This document shows positions 1-10,404 of a stretch of 64,000 bases of DNA, in pieces; the stretch's first letter is position 1, and every line of letters starts with the position of its first letter. Made by a program: the position numbers and the translations under genes. The stretch is from the IMG/VR virus record IMGVR_UViG_3300000839_000006; one strand, written 5' to 3'. This DNA is from a virus. The notes beneath the pieces are model-generated. The model did no database searches, was not told the DNA's origin, and worked only from the letters and a program-made list of their open reading frames with translations.

Positions 1-1
1 A

Positions 2-175
2 CTTCCGTGGGACATGCAGACAATCCAGAACCACGTCCAGTACGGCTATGACCCACTCTTCCATGAAGTCCAGCAACGTGCCTACCAAGCGGCAATCGTC
101 CGGCAAATCCTCGGCCTCCCATTCTTCGCACAGCCCCACGAGACTCAACAGGGTCTGCCTTATGAACTTCGTTAG
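2..175 (+). CDS. 3' part of a gene truncated by the window edge (LPWDMQTIQNHVQYGYDPLFHEVQQRAYQAAIVRQILGLPFFAQPHETQQGLPYELR*)
   Basis: Frame +2 is open from base 2 to TAG at 173-175. It reads as more protein-like than the Ser-rich track ORF 48..260. Confidence 0.35.
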   Translation, partial: LPWDMQTIQNHVQYGYDPLFHEVQQRAYQAAIVRQILGLPFFAQPHETQQGLPYELR

Positions 176-342
176 TGGGGGCGCGTCCCTCAGGCGTAGC
201 CGGGAGGGACACGGACACACGAAACTCAGCGCGGTCTCAACTACGACCTCAGATAAGTGAAGCCCCACCAGAGGGCCGTCCGGTGGGGCATCGTCACGCA
301 TTCAAGCTGTGGAGCAAGCACGTGCCAACATCCATACCCCAC

Positions 343-371
343 TTGACTTAACCTGTCAAGCGTTTTATAAC
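343..371 (+). promoter_or_regulatory. sigma70-type promoter of the lysis/late operon with overlapping inverted repeat
   Basis: TTGACT (343-348), 17 bp, TATAAC (366-371), then AAGGAGG before ATG 399. CTTGAC-N7-GTCAAG palindrome at 342-360. Confidence 0.6.
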
Positions 372-398
372 GTCCTAAATCCATGAAGGAGGTCGGCT

Positions 399-986
399 GT
401 GATAAAGCCCTCGGTAGAAACTCTGATAGCTGCGATGCAGAACAACCAGCATGTTGTCTACAACAAAGGCGACTATAACCTTAACCTTGTTGGAATACGT
501 AAAGACAACTACGTGTCCAACCGTTTTGATGATACAATGGTCCTCTTTTATAAACAACATGGAGAGTGGGTAATCCACTACTACCCATGTACTACAGACC
601 CCGGCTCCTATTGGATGTTTCACGGGCTTACCAAAGGCACAGCAATATTGGTACCAGACCAATACAGGGGGGCTTATATGCTTGGAATGCATAAAGGTCT
701 GTACGAGGCTCTGGTGCAAGTCGAACCTGTATCCGTGTACAGAGATGCTAACAGTAACATGGTGTATGATGGGGAGTCCATTGAAACAGGGCTGTTTGGT
801 ATTAATGTCCATCGGGCGAATGAGCGCACTACATCAATACTTGTGGATAAGTGGTCGGCGGGGTGTCAGGTATTGGCAGACCCGGATGATTTCAGGGAAC
901 TAATAAGTATTGTAAAGAAGTCCATAGCTATGGGGGTGTACGGACAACGCATCACCTATACTCTGCTAACGGAGGCCATGCTATGA
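399..986 (+). CDS. endolysin, L,D-transpeptidase (YkuD)-like
   Basis: GINVHRA...WSAGCQV fits the YkuD H-x14-S-x-G-C catalytic motif. First gene of a holin-spanin cassette. Confidence 0.7.
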   Translation: MIKPSVETLIAAMQNNQHVVYNKGDYNLNLVGIRKDNYVSNRFDDTMVLFYKQHGEWVIHYYPCTTDPGSYWMFHGLTKGTAILVPDQYRGAYMLGMHKGLYEALVQVEPVSVYRDANSNMVYDGESIETGLFGINVHRANERTTSILVDKWSAGCQVLADPDDFRELISIVKKSIAMGVYGQRITYTLLTEAML

Positions 987-1525
987 TAAAGGATAATCCT
1001 GTGATAATTCATCTTGAAGAAATTGCATTCGGCATCCATATTAAAGCCGCGTTAGCCGCTGCTGCTGCCTGTTTCGTAGAGATATTCTACGGTGACTTGG
1101 TAGTGCTTAACATTTACATGGCGTTTATGACAGCAGACTTGGTTCTTGGAATGACTATTGGGTGTATTTATGGACGCTTCGACCCACGTAAGGTGATGCA
1201 CTGGGCGTATAAGTTTGGAACCAACTTGGTCCTTATTATACTGCTTGGGTTCGCTTGTCATGCCTTCTTTAGAACAACAGCCGTGCCTGTACCTGTGATA
1301 AATTGGATGCTGTTGGTGTTTATATCTGTGGATTTGGCAGCTATTATTGATAAACTAGAGCTTCTTGGACTTCCTGTACCACCGATTGTACGCACTATAG
1401 TGCGCATGATGAGGACAAAAGCGTCCAGCAGTATGCTCAAGGTGTTCCACGCCGACCCGGAATTGCGGAAAGAGGTGAGGGATACCTTTACCACAGGGGA
1501 TGGACACGCCGATGAGCCAAATTAA
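983..1525 (+). CDS. holin
   Basis: Several hydrophobic segments, SIIENLxxLG-like motif (AIIDKLELLGLPVP), ATGA overlap with the endolysin. Confidence 0.75.
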   Translation: MIKDNPVIIHLEEIAFGIHIKAALAAAAACFVEIFYGDLVVLNIYMAFMTADLVLGMTIGCIYGRFDPRKVMHWAYKFGTNLVLIILLGFACHAFFRTTAVPVPVINWMLLVFISVDLAAIIDKLELLGLPVPPIVRTIVRMMRTKASSSMLKVFHADPELRKEVRDTFTTGDGHADEPN

Positions 1526-1871
1526 ATGGAGTCTCATTATCGGAGGAGTGCTTGCACTGATTCTTTTTATGGGATACAGAGAGTTTATTCAGTTACAGCA
1601 GGAGTGCGGGCGGTTGAGAGTGGAGCTTGAAGACGCCGTAAGTGCTAACAAGGCGTTGGATGAGTTCATTAAAAAGGTGGATGCGATAAATAAAAGGATG
1701 GAAGAACAGGATGAAGAACGCAAGAAAGACTTTACATCCTTCAACGCACGGCTGCGGAAGCTTGCGGAAGGTAACGCAGAGCTTAAAGAGCTTCTTACTA
1801 TTCGTATTCATCCTGATTTGCTTACAGGGCTGCGCTCATTCAGTTGTGAGACACCAGCCCATACCCAGTAA
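1512..1871 (+). CDS. inner-membrane spanin (Rz-like)
   Basis: N-terminal TM helix plus coiled coil. Overlaps a lipoprotein ORF in another frame. Confidence 0.7.
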   Translation: MSQIKWSLIIGGVLALILFMGYREFIQLQQECGRLRVELEDAVSANKALDEFIKKVDAINKRMEEQDEERKKDFTSFNARLRKLAEGNAELKELLTIRIHPDLLTGLRSFSCETPAHTQ

Positions 1872-2025
1872 TCTCCTAACAGAGCTTACATACACAGTCC
1901 ACACCTCAGAGGCTGTAACTTTTGAGATGCTGTTGGTACAAATTAAAGAGTTGGAGCAAGTCATAGACAAAGCGAACCAACGCTTTGCAGAAATTTCTCT
2001 GCTAAACAACATTAAAGGAGACTAA
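1711..2025 (+). CDS. outer-membrane spanin (Rz1-like lipoprotein); true start uncertain
   Basis: Hydrophobic stretch plus lipobox LQGC, followed by QPIPSNLL. Overlaps the i-spanin gene. Confidence 0.65.
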   Translation: MKNARKTLHPSTHGCGSLRKVTQSLKSFLLFVFILICLQGCAHSVVRHQPIPSNLLTELTYTVHTSEAVTFEMLLVQIKELEQVIDKANQRFAEISLLNNIKGD

Positions 2026-2028
2026 GAG

Positions 2029-5000
2029 ATGAGTTTCACTCCGATTAAATTGACCCCGGACGGCTTGGCTCACGATAGAGCAGAACCCAACGAGCCGATG
2101 GATGTCCAGCACGTCCCGCTGAGTAACAGTCCTGAGAACATTGTTAAACGTGGAAGCACTGGTATCTACGTTCTGCCCGCTGATGCCGTGTCCACAGCCG
2201 ATGGGAACTTGATTAAGGTACAAGATGGCAAGCTGGCGGTGTTTGCGCCTGATACTTTGAGCGCGGACCCCGGCAACTACCTGCGTAGAGGTAACGATGG
2301 CAAGCTGTACATTGGTGCAGTAGAAATTTCGTCCCTTGATGCGGACAATACAATACTGCTTGGCACTGATGGTCGGTTGAAAGTAGTCCTCCCCTTGTCC
2401 ACAGAAGAATATAACTACCTGCGCCGTGGGGCTGATGATAAACTGTTCGTTGGCGGCAACGACATCCTGTCCAATGAGGCCAACAACGCCCTCGGCATCT
2501 CGGATATTGACAAGAAAGTGTATCTTAAAGCTTGGGAGGCGCATGACTACATTTCCGATGAAGCCTGCAACCGCCTGAACATCGACAACGATGGCAAGAT
2601 ACGCCTGTGCGCTCATGACGTGACGGCCCATGATGACTGCAACCTGCTCATCCCGGTTGAAGACGGCCTGCGTCTGTGCGCCTCTGACGTTATTTCTTCT
2701 GACCCGGACAACCTGATAGTCACCGGGATGGATGAAAAGCTCATAGTAACCGTTACAGGGCTTCTGGACCACACCTGCGGCACTCTGGTGTCGGACAATG
2801 GCAAGCTGCGGCTCGATGTTCCTACACTGACCCGTCAGGGTGAGCTTGGTAACCAGATTGAGTCCGATGACTGCACCATGTGGGTGCCCATTCAGGTATC
2901 GTCTGATGCTGGTAACCTGATTGAGATTGGGTCGGATGCCAAACCTCTGGTGCAGGCTACGAATCTCGTAGCTATTACACCTGATTTGGCCTGTAACAAG
3001 CTGACGATTGTTGACAACCGCCTCGCTGTACAGTCGGCTGACCTTGTGTCGGTTGCCATTGGCAACCAGATTGTAGTGGACCCGGCAGATTGTTCGCTCA
3101 ATGTCCCGCCGCAGAGGTCGATGGACATAGATAACTTGCTGCTTCTCGGCTCTGACTACAAGCCGCTGGTTAAAGCCAATAATCTGATAAGTCTCGATTG
3201 TGAGTCACTGACTGTTGGTAGTGACGCCCGGTTGGTGATTGACACTACGAAGCTCGTATCCATCATAGCGGATAATCAGCTTGAGGCTGACGGTACCTGT
3301 CAGTTGTATGTCCCTGTACAGGTGTCTACGGATGCCGACAACGCCATTGAGGTTGGTACTGACAACCGTCCGTTCTATAAGCTGGTGCTGTCGCCTGAGA
3401 CTGGCAACTTGCTCTGGCTTGATGCGGACGGTCTGCCCGGTATTAAAGCCTCGGATGTACTGTCCACTGATGCATGTAATGCCATTCACCTTGGTTCGGA
3501 TGACCTGTTGTCGCTTTGTCCTGTGGATGTTGTGTCCATGGATGCTGACAACTATCTTGAGCTTGGCTCTGATGGACTGCTCATGGTGAATCAGCCCGGT
3601 CCTCAGGGGCCGCAAGGTCCTACTGGACCGCAGGGGCCGGAAGGACCTGAAGGTCCGCAGGGTCCCACTGGTGGCGGTGGCGCACAGGGGCCGAAAGGTG
3701 ACCCGTTGCAGATTTACAAGACCTACGAGTCCATCGCTGATATGGAGGCTAACTGCGGGGATTCGGATGTGCCTGAGTTTGGCCTTGTTATGATTGACCC
3801 TGATGATGTGCAGGACCCCGACCAGTCGAAACTGTACATGCACACACCCAACAAGGTTGATGAGCATGGCGACCCTGTGTGTTGGACCTATATTACAGAC
3901 CTGTCCGGTGCTGTTGGTATTACAGGTCCGCAAGGTCCGGTTGGACCACAGGGGCCGCAGGGGTCTGTTGGTCCTGAAGGTCCTACAGGGGACCCCGGTG
4001 GTGATGGGCCTGAGGGACCGCAGGGGCCGCAGGGTGTAGCAGGTCCGCAGGGACCCGCTGGTGATGATGGGCCTGAGGGACCGCAGGGGCCGCCGATGGA
4101 ACTGTCGGAAATGTCCTGCAACAAGTTGAAACTCGATGTACAGCATGAGGTGTACTTGTGCGCCGCTGATTTGATTTCCTCTGAGCCGGGTAACTGGTTG
4201 CAGCTTCGTGACAATGAGTTGTATGTGTACCCCGGCGGTGGTGGGGATGACCCGCTTCGTGAGCTTATCTCTGATGACTGCGACAACAGGCTGTCCATTG
4301 GGTCTGACCTTCGTGTCAGCTTGAGCAATGAGGATGTAGTTAAGTCTGCTGCCACTACAGGGCTTACGACATTTGATGTGGTGCCCGGACCTGTTGCACT
4401 GGCTGATGGTGTTGCACCTGAGTGTGCGGCTATTCAGGTTGATGCCCGTCAGTTGTTGGCGAATGTGGCTGGTAACTTGATTAATATTGAGCCGCTGTTC
4501 GATACATTCGGTCCTCATGCCACGGCTTGTAATGATGTGTTCGCTACATATACGTCTGTGGCTGATATGGAGGCCGCACTTGGTACGGTGCCTGTGGGCA
4601 GCTTCGTGGTGATTATCACTACGAGTCCTTCTGACCCGAGTAATGGTAGTGTGTATCAGCGTGGTGATACCAGCTTTGTGTTCTACACAAGAACTGACCC
4701 GGCTAATCCGTGTGTGCCGATACATGAGTTCTATCAGTTCTCTGTGACTGCGAATAATCTTATATCCAGTGACGCCAGTAACACGCTTACGGTTGGTACA
4801 GACAACAGGTTGTATGCAACTGGAAGTTCCAGTGTGGTTGTGTCTGCTGATGCTAATAATGCCATTCAGGAAGGTACAGATGGTGGTGCATTCATCGAGG
4901 CTGGATGCGGTCTAGAGGTTATTGATGACAAGGTGTTGGTCGTAGCTCTGGATGAATCTTCGGCACTTGAGTGTACTGAGATTGGTCTTAAAGTAATGAT

Positions 5001-6372
5001 AAGTGGACACTCCAATAACATTATATCTAGATTTAGTGATGGACTGTATGCAGCCGTAAACCCAAGTGTGTCTGCGGATGCTGGTAACGTCATTCAGGAA
5101 GGTACAGACGGTGGCGCACTGTTGCAGGTAGCTGATGTTGACTCCGTTAATTTCCTTAAAAATACTGGTGGTGTACTCAGTGCAAGTGTCTCCGAGAATT
5201 TCGGGAACGTCCTTTACATAGGTTCTGATGAAGGCGTTATGTTGGCTTGCGCTGACTTGCGGGTAGAGGCTCCGTGGAACATGCTCATTGTTGATGGTGA
5301 GAAGCTGGCTGTTTACGCTAGCGATGCGCTGTCTGATTCCATATACAATCTTTTGAAACTGGATTATAACAATAAAATAATTCTTGAGCTTGGTGACCTA
5401 GTATCTTCTGATGGTGATAATGCTATTGTCGAAGGTACTGACGGTAAGATGTGGGTAGATGCTAACGGTCTTGTTGGACCACAAGGTCCGCAGGGCGTTC
5501 AAGGACCGCAAGGTGTGCAGGGTGCTACTGGGGCCACTGGTTCTACAGGACCTGAAGGACCCGAAGGACAAGAAGGTCCGCAGGGTGCTACCGGGGCTAC
5601 TGGTTCCACAGGACCTGAAGGACCAGAAGGTCCGCAGGGTGCTACCGGGGCTACTGGTCCGCAAGGTCCGCAGGGACCTGCTGGTGCGCCGTTCTCTATC
5701 TATGCGGTATACGCATCTATAGCGGACATGGAGGCTGACTTTGCCAATGTGCCAGAAGGCAGTTTTGTTATCATAGAGTCCGGCGACCCGGATGACCCTG
5801 ATAACTCCAAGCTGTTTGTACGTAGCGCGTCTGAGTTTGACTTTATAACAGACCTCTCCGGTTCACAGGGTATTCAGGGGCCGCAAGGTGTTCAGGGTAT
5901 TCAGGGTCCGAAGGGTGATACTGGGGACCAAGGCATTCAGGGTGCTACCGGGGCGACTGGGGCTACCGGGTCCACTGGACCGCAAGGTCCCGCTGGTGGT
6001 ACGGGTCCTGCTGGCCCTAGCGCGGTTTCTACGGACACTGGGAACCAAGCGGTACTTGGCACTGACAGTTTGATTTTTGTGCCCAAGACGGCTGATTTCC
6101 CGCTGTATTTTAATGCGGATGAGAGCATGACCACCATCTACTCGTTCATGCCGACTGGCTACTCGACTGTGGCTATTGTTGGCAAGGCTGGTGACGCTGC
6201 TGTTACTGGACTGACTATCACTATTACGGAGCAGTATAACGCTTCGCCTGCGGTAGTTAATCTCAGCGGTAATACGGCTTCAAGTATGACGAGTGTTGCT
6301 GGTAAGCCCGTGATGATTACGTTTGGTGGGACAACCGCTACGGAAGTAAGCGCGTTGCTGAAGCTTCAATAG
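2029..6372 (+). CDS. long tail fibre with SxDxxN...GxDG repeats, four collagen (G-X-Y) blocks and three copies of a Y.S.ADMEA domain
   Basis: 1447 aa. GPQGP runs near 3595-3700, 3920-4090, 5470-5690 and 5860-6020. RBS GGAG upstream. Confidence 0.8.
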   Translation: MSFTPIKLTPDGLAHDRAEPNEPMDVQHVPLSNSPENIVKRGSTGIYVLPADAVSTADGNLIKVQDGKLAVFAPDTLSADPGNYLRRGNDGKLYIGAVEISSLDADNTILLGTDGRLKVVLPLSTEEYNYLRRGADDKLFVGGNDILSNEANNALGISDIDKKVYLKAWEAHDYISDEACNRLNIDNDGKIRLCAHDVTAHDDCNLLIPVEDGLRLCASDVISSDPDNLIVTGMDEKLIVTVTGLLDHTCGTLVSDNGKLRLDVPTLTRQGELGNQIESDDCTMWVPIQVSSDAGNLIEIGSDAKPLVQATNLVAITPDLACNKLTIVDNRLAVQSADLVSVAIGNQIVVDPADCSLNVPPQRSMDIDNLLLLGSDYKPLVKANNLISLDCESLTVGSDARLVIDTTKLVSIIADNQLEADGTCQLYVPVQVSTDADNAIEVGTDNRPFYKLVLSPETGNLLWLDADGLPGIKASDVLSTDACNAIHLGSDDLLSLCPVDVVSMDADNYLELGSDGLLMVNQPGPQGPQGPTGPQGPEGPEGPQGPTGGGGAQGPKGDPLQIYKTYESIADMEANCGDSDVPEFGLVMIDPDDVQDPDQSKLYMHTPNKVDEHGDPVCWTYITDLSGAVGITGPQGPVGPQGPQGSVGPEGPTGDPGGDGPEGPQGPQGVAGPQGPAGDDGPEGPQGPPMELSEMSCNKLKLDVQHEVYLCAADLISSEPGNWLQLRDNELYVYPGGGGDDPLRELISDDCDNRLSIGSDLRVSLSNEDVVKSAATTGLTTFDVVPGPVALADGVAPECAAIQVDARQLLANVAGNLINIEPLFDTFGPHATACNDVFATYTSVADMEAALGTVPVGSFVVIITTSPSDPSNGSVYQRGDTSFVFYTRTDPANPCVPIHEFYQFSVTANNLISSDASNTLTVGTDNRLYATGSSSVVVSADANNAIQEGTDGGAFIEAGCGLEVIDDKVLVVALDESSALECTEIGLKVMISGHSNNIISRFSDGLYAAVNPSVSADAGNVIQEGTDGGALLQVADVDSVNFLKNTGGVLSASVSENFGNVLYIGSDEGVMLACADLRVEAPWNMLIVDGEKLAVYASDALSDSIYNLLKLDYNNKIILELGDLVSSDGDNAIVEGTDGKMWVDANGLVGPQGPQGVQGPQGVQGATGATGSTGPEGPEGQEGPQGATGATGSTGPEGPEGPQGATGATGPQGPQGPAGAPFSIYAVYASIADMEADFANVPEGSFVIIESGDPDDPDNSKLFVRSASEFDFITDLSGSQGIQGPQGVQGIQGPKGDTGDQGIQGATGATGATGSTGPQGPAGGTGPAGPSAVSTDTGNQAVLGTDSLIFVPKTADFPLYFNADESMTTIYSFMPTGYSTVAIVGKAGDAAVTGLTITITEQYNASPAVVNLSGNTASSMTSVAGKPVMITFGGTTATEVSALLKLQ

Positions 6373-6380
6373 TATAACAT

Positions 6381-6414
6381 GGGGAGAGCGGTTTAACATC
6401 GCTCTCCCCTATTA
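6381..6414 (+). terminator. hairpin between tail fibre and AT-rich cassette (terminator or processing site)
   Basis: GGGGAGAGCG-N9-CGCTCTCCCC followed by only TATTA (weak U-tract). Confidence 0.4.
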
Positions 6415-6424
6415 CGGGGTAGCT

Positions 6425-7036
6425 ATGCTAGGATATACAAAGCCAGTACCCTCAGTACCACATGTACTGATTGAGTATATACAGTCTGATAAGGGTCAGT
6501 ATTTGGACCTAGGACTGCTTTGGGGTAATACACAATATAAAGTTGAATTGGATTTCTTGCTTCCAACACCTAGTAATGCGCAAGTTTCTATACTCGGTTC
6601 CAGAAATGATACACCGAGTACTGCACGTTTCGGCAGTTTATATTTCGGTTCCACTAACGTGCAAGGTGTATGGGTGGGGTCGGCTTCTAATAGATTGCCG
6701 AATACGTTTGTGTCCATGACACGTTACCTGTATTCTGTTGAAGTGTTTCAGCCCAGTTTGCAGCTTGTAACAGAACTTGACGGTGTTGTGAGAACTTCTA
6801 CATACACTGGACTGACAGATACTGGCATACCAGTATATTTGTTTGGTGCGAATTTGAATGATAACATCGTTGAACGTAGTGCGATTCGCATGTACGGTTT
6901 CAAGTCGTGGTCTAATAATGTGTTGATTCGAGATATGGTTCCTGTGCTTGATATGACGAATCGCCCTGCACTGTGGGATAAAGTCAACGATGTATATTAC
7001 TACAATCAGGGAACCGGGGAGTTTACATATGTTTGA
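6425..7036 (+). CDS. ConA/LamG-like lectin module, putative tail adhesin
   Basis: IEYIQS..QYLDLG ... LIRDMVPV ... WDKVNDVYYYNQGTGEF pattern as seen in gut-phage tail lectin domains. N-terminal MLGYTKP motif shared with downstream genes. Confidence 0.55.
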   Translation: MLGYTKPVPSVPHVLIEYIQSDKGQYLDLGLLWGNTQYKVELDFLLPTPSNAQVSILGSRNDTPSTARFGSLYFGSTNVQGVWVGSASNRLPNTFVSMTRYLYSVEVFQPSLQLVTELDGVVRTSTYTGLTDTGIPVYLFGANLNDNIVERSAIRMYGFKSWSNNVLIRDMVPVLDMTNRPALWDKVNDVYYYNQGTGEFTYV

Positions 7037-8063
7037 TATACTTGGTGGATATACATTACGAACAATTCCAGAACCTCCTGTTGGTTATAGTACTGATATA
7101 GAAATCACAGTTAATCCTACAGTTGGTGTAAGTTATCGAACTGTTTTCGCTAGAGGAGAAGCTGGTACTAGTATACTAAATATAGATTGGGGTGATGGTA
7201 ATGTTCAAAATTACAATCTTGTTGGAACAACTCCCAATGTTATTAACTATACATATTCAATATCTGGAAGTAAAACAATAAGAGTTACATCCGATGACAT
7301 TGTTGGAAGTATATTATTTGGTGTTAATGGTACTATTAATACTATTGCTAAGATATTAACTGGAATCCAAAAGTTTCGGGCACTTACTGCAAAAGAAATA
7401 CTTTATTGTTTTGCCTATGCTGAAACTTTTAATGGTCCTATACTGGCAACTTTTTCAGATGAAGATTTACCTTTAGTTGAAAATTTTAGTTATTGCTTTT
7501 CGCATTGGAGTACATTTAATCAGCCTTTACCTCAGAATTTTATGTCAGGAAATTATCCTAATGTAACTAATTTTCAAGGTTGTTTCGATTACTGGACTGT
7601 TTTTGATAAAGCGTTACCTCAGAATTTCATGTCTGGAAATTACCCTAATACTACTAGATTTACTGCATGTTTTAGGGATTGGCAGGCATTTAATCAGCCC
7701 TTACCTCAGAGTTTCATGTCGGGTAGTTGTTCCAGTGTAACTGAGTTCTCTGTTTGTTTTTATAATTGGAGGTCATTTAACCAACCCCTTCCAGTGGGGT
7801 TCATGTCAGGAAATTACCCTAGTGTAATTACTTTTGCTCTGTGTTTCTATAATTGGGTAAAATACATTGGAACAATACCTATTGTGAAATCCTTGAAATC
7901 AAATGTTGCTTTTAATCAATGTTATTATGGTAATTCCAGTATGACCGGAAACGGTATGCCTGTGGTTAATAACGCAGTTGTTCCGCTAGGTACTATATCA
8001 CAATGTTTTAATGGTTGCACCTCTCTATCTGATTACGCACAAATACCTTCGGGATGGAAATAA
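7029..8063 (+). CDS. BspA/DUF285-like LRR protein 1 (about 5 repeats of 29 aa)
   Basis: FNQPLPxxFMxGxYPxVTxFxxCFxxW repeats. Start reassigned to ATG 7029 (MFDILGGY). Ends CTSLSDYAQIPSGWK. Confidence 0.75.
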   Translation: MFDILGGYTLRTIPEPPVGYSTDIEITVNPTVGVSYRTVFARGEAGTSILNIDWGDGNVQNYNLVGTTPNVINYTYSISGSKTIRVTSDDIVGSILFGVNGTINTIAKILTGIQKFRALTAKEILYCFAYAETFNGPILATFSDEDLPLVENFSYCFSHWSTFNQPLPQNFMSGNYPNVTNFQGCFDYWTVFDKALPQNFMSGNYPNTTRFTACFRDWQAFNQPLPQSFMSGSCSSVTEFSVCFYNWRSFNQPLPVGFMSGNYPSVITFALCFYNWVKYIGTIPIVKSLKSNVAFNQCYYGNSSMTGNGMPVVNNAVVPLGTISQCFNGCTSLSDYAQIPSGWK

Positions 8064-8140
8064 TTATGAATGATATACTTGGTGGATATACGCATAGAAG
8101 CGTTGGACCATTAGTTCCAACGACTGAAATAGAGTTTGTT
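8015..8140 (+). repeat. 126-bp direct repeat copy 1 spanning an LRR gene junction
   Basis: Matches 10356-10481 with 9 mismatches by eye. 8037-8100 is a 64-bp identical core. Partial copies at 7029-7054, 8767-8808 and 11711-11757. Confidence 0.9.
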
Positions 8141-8803
8141 ATTACAGCCACTGTACCGCGTTCCATAGCTACTACAGTATTGGTTGATGGTACTGGTATC
8201 ATGTATAACAGCATAAATGGAGTTGAGGGAATTCCGTGGGAGATGGAAGAGTGGGTAACTGACCAGTTTTATACAAGTTATGGTGTTGGTGAACATGTGG
8301 TGCGTCTGTGGTCTTATAGTAATATATATAATGTAGATTTGGTATCTCAAAGTGTGCATTATGATATAACTACAATAAATGTGTGGCGTAGTGATACGAT
8401 AACAAGTATGCAGACTGCGCTTCGTGGTAATGTTAATGTACACACACTTATACCAAGTTTTGCATCAGATACATTACCATTGTGTACTAATTTTGCTGAT
8501 TGTTTTTCGCATTTGAATAGCTTGGTAACACCCTTACATCCTAATTTTATGGGTGGTGATTATACACGTGTTTTATATATGAACCAGTGTTTCGGTGATT
8601 GGGCTAGCTATGCTGGTCCTATCCCTATTGTAAACGCAAGCTCATACGCTAATTATTTCGGTTGTTATTATGGTAATAGTTTAATGACTGGAACTGGAAT
8701 GCCTGTAGTAAATAGTGCGCCTAACTCTACAAGCTATGCGTCATGTTTTAAAGGTTGTACTTCGCTCTCTGATTATGCACAAATACCTTCAGGATGGAAA
8801 TAA
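8066..8803 (+). CDS. BspA/DUF285-like LRR protein 2 (about 2 repeats)
   Basis: Starts MNDILGGYTHRS, has the same C-terminal cap, ends CTSLSDYAQIPSGWK. Confidence 0.7.
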   Translation: MNDILGGYTHRSVGPLVPTTEIEFVITATVPRSIATTVLVDGTGIMYNSINGVEGIPWEMEEWVTDQFYTSYGVGEHVVRLWSYSNIYNVDLVSQSVHYDITTINVWRSDTITSMQTALRGNVNVHTLIPSFASDTLPLCTNFADCFSHLNSLVTPLHPNFMGGDYTRVLYMNQCFGDWASYAGPIPIVNASSYANYFGCYYGNSLMTGTGMPVVNSAPNSTSYASCFKGCTSLSDYAQIPSGWK

Positions 8804-8805
8804 TT

Positions 8806-10404
8806 ATGTTAGGCTATCAGAAACCTACGGCTGTGCCCGTACCTACTACAGAGATTGAATGGGTTATTGATTTACCGTCTACCATGTCATATACATTCCA
8901 TTTGACGGGGGTTACTGGTGCAAATGTTTATGTATCATATGATGGTATTGTTGAAAGTGTGTTAGTACTTTCCAGTCCTAGTGTTGTTGATGTTATTAAA
9001 AGCCTTTCTGCCGGACAGCATGTAGTACGTGTCTGGTCTTTTGATGAATTACGCCGTGTTTATTTGGCGGATGCTGCTTATGCTCAATATGTTACAGCTA
9101 TAAATAAGTACGCTAGTAGTACAATTAATAGTATGGTGAACGCTTTTAATGATTGTATCAGTGTCAGTACAATATTACCTAGTTTTACGGCAGATACACT
9201 ACCACTTGTTACTTCGTTTGAGAACTGTTTTAGAAGACTTATATCATTTAATGGGGTTCTACATGAAGATTTCATGTCCGGTGATTATCCATTAGTAACT
9301 AGTTTTGAAAGATGTTTTGCTTTCTGGTTTATGTTTAATAATGAGCTACCTAGTGGTTTCATGTCAGGAGAGTTTCCGGTAGTTGTTAATTTTATGTATT
9401 GTTTTAATCGGTGGGAGGTTTTTAATAAAGACTTACCTGCTGGTTTTATGTCAAATACCTATCCACTTGTTAAATATTTTGAGTCTTGTTTTTATTTATG
9501 GAGTTCTTTTAATAAGCCGCTACCAAGTGAGTTTATGGCTAAACAGTATAATAGTGCAATAACATTTGATTTATGTTTCGCTGGTTGGGCACAGTTTAAT
9601 CAACCACTCCCTGTTAGTTTCATGTCTGCAACTTTCCAATTGGTAACGACATTCCAGAGTTGTTTTTTGAATTGGACACAGTTTAATCAACCCCTTCCTG
9701 TTGATTTTATGTGTGGGGATTATAATAATGTAATAACATTTAGTAATTGTTTTTCTGGATGGGAACATTTTAATCAACCCCTTCCTGTTGATTTTATGTG
9801 TGGTACATTTTCAAGTGTTAGTGCTATGAATAATTGTTTCCACCGATGGCTTGTGTTTAATAATACACTACCATATAATTTTTTATCTGGTGGACATATG
9901 ACTGTGACTACATATGATTCATGTTTTAGTCAGTGGCGAGCTTTTAATCAAGTACTTCCTGTAAGTTTTATGACGGGTGACTTTCCTGCACTTACAACTA
10001 TGGCATCATGTTTTATTGGATGGAATGTCTTTAATAAAATGCTACATGTTGGTTTTATGACTGGAAATTTTCCAAACATAACTAACTTTGCTAGTTGTTT
10101 TAGGGATTGGTTGGTTTTTAACAGTACATTACCAGTAGGGTTTATGCAGGGGGTATATAATAAAGTTATTTCATACGCTTACTGTTTTTATCAATGGACG
10201 GCGTATACTGGAAATATACCAGTTATATTATCAGATTTATCTGGTGTAGCATTTCAAAGTTGTTATTATAGAAATATTAATATGACAGGGAGTGGAATGT
10301 CTGTAGTTGCTGGTGCAATAATTCCTGTAGGTGCTACTACGTGGTGTTTTACAGATTGCACCTCTCTATCTGACTATGCACAAATACCTTCGGGATGGAA
10401 ATAA
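8806..10404 (+). CDS. BspA/DUF285-like LRR protein 3 (about 12 repeats)
   Basis: Starts MLGYQKP..VPTTEIEW, 29-aa repeats, same C-terminal cap. Confidence 0.75.
   Translation: MLGYQKPTAVPVPTTEIEWVIDLPSTMSYTFHLTGVTGANVYVSYDGIVESVLVLSSPSVVDVIKSLSAGQHVVRVWSFDELRRVYLADAAYAQYVTAINKYASSTINSMVNAFNDCISVSTILPSFTADTLPLVTSFENCFRRLISFNGVLHEDFMSGDYPLVTSFERCFAFWFMFNNELPSGFMSGEFPVVVNFMYCFNRWEVFNKDLPAGFMSNTYPLVKYFESCFYLWSSFNKPLPSEFMAKQYNSAITFDLCFAGWAQFNQPLPVSFMSATFQLVTTFQSCFLNWTQFNQPLPVDFMCGDYNNVITFSNCFSGWEHFNQPLPVDFMCGTFSSVSAMNNCFHRWLVFNNTLPYNFLSGGHMTVTTYDSCFSQWRAFNQVLPVSFMTGDFPALTTMASCFIGWNVFNKMLHVGFMTGNFPNITNFASCFRDWLVFNSTLPVGFMQGVYNKVISYAYCFYQWTAYTGNIPVILSDLSGVAFQSCYYRNINMTGSGMSVVAGAIIPVGATTWCFTDCTSLSDYAQIPSGWK

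Noticed and set aside
48-260. Track ORF of 70 aa
   Set aside because: Ser-rich with no RBS. The overlapping frame 2..175 looks more like a real C-terminus.
313-328. Second sigma54-like motif (minus strand TTGGCACGTGCTTGCT)
   Set aside because: GG-to-GC spacing is 9 bp rather than the required 10, and it points away from the lysis genes.
2002-4725. Long minus-strand ORFs 2002..2772 and 3205..4725
   Set aside because: Antisense shadows of the tail fibre gene; the sequences mirror its codon periodicity and lack an RBS or family motifs.
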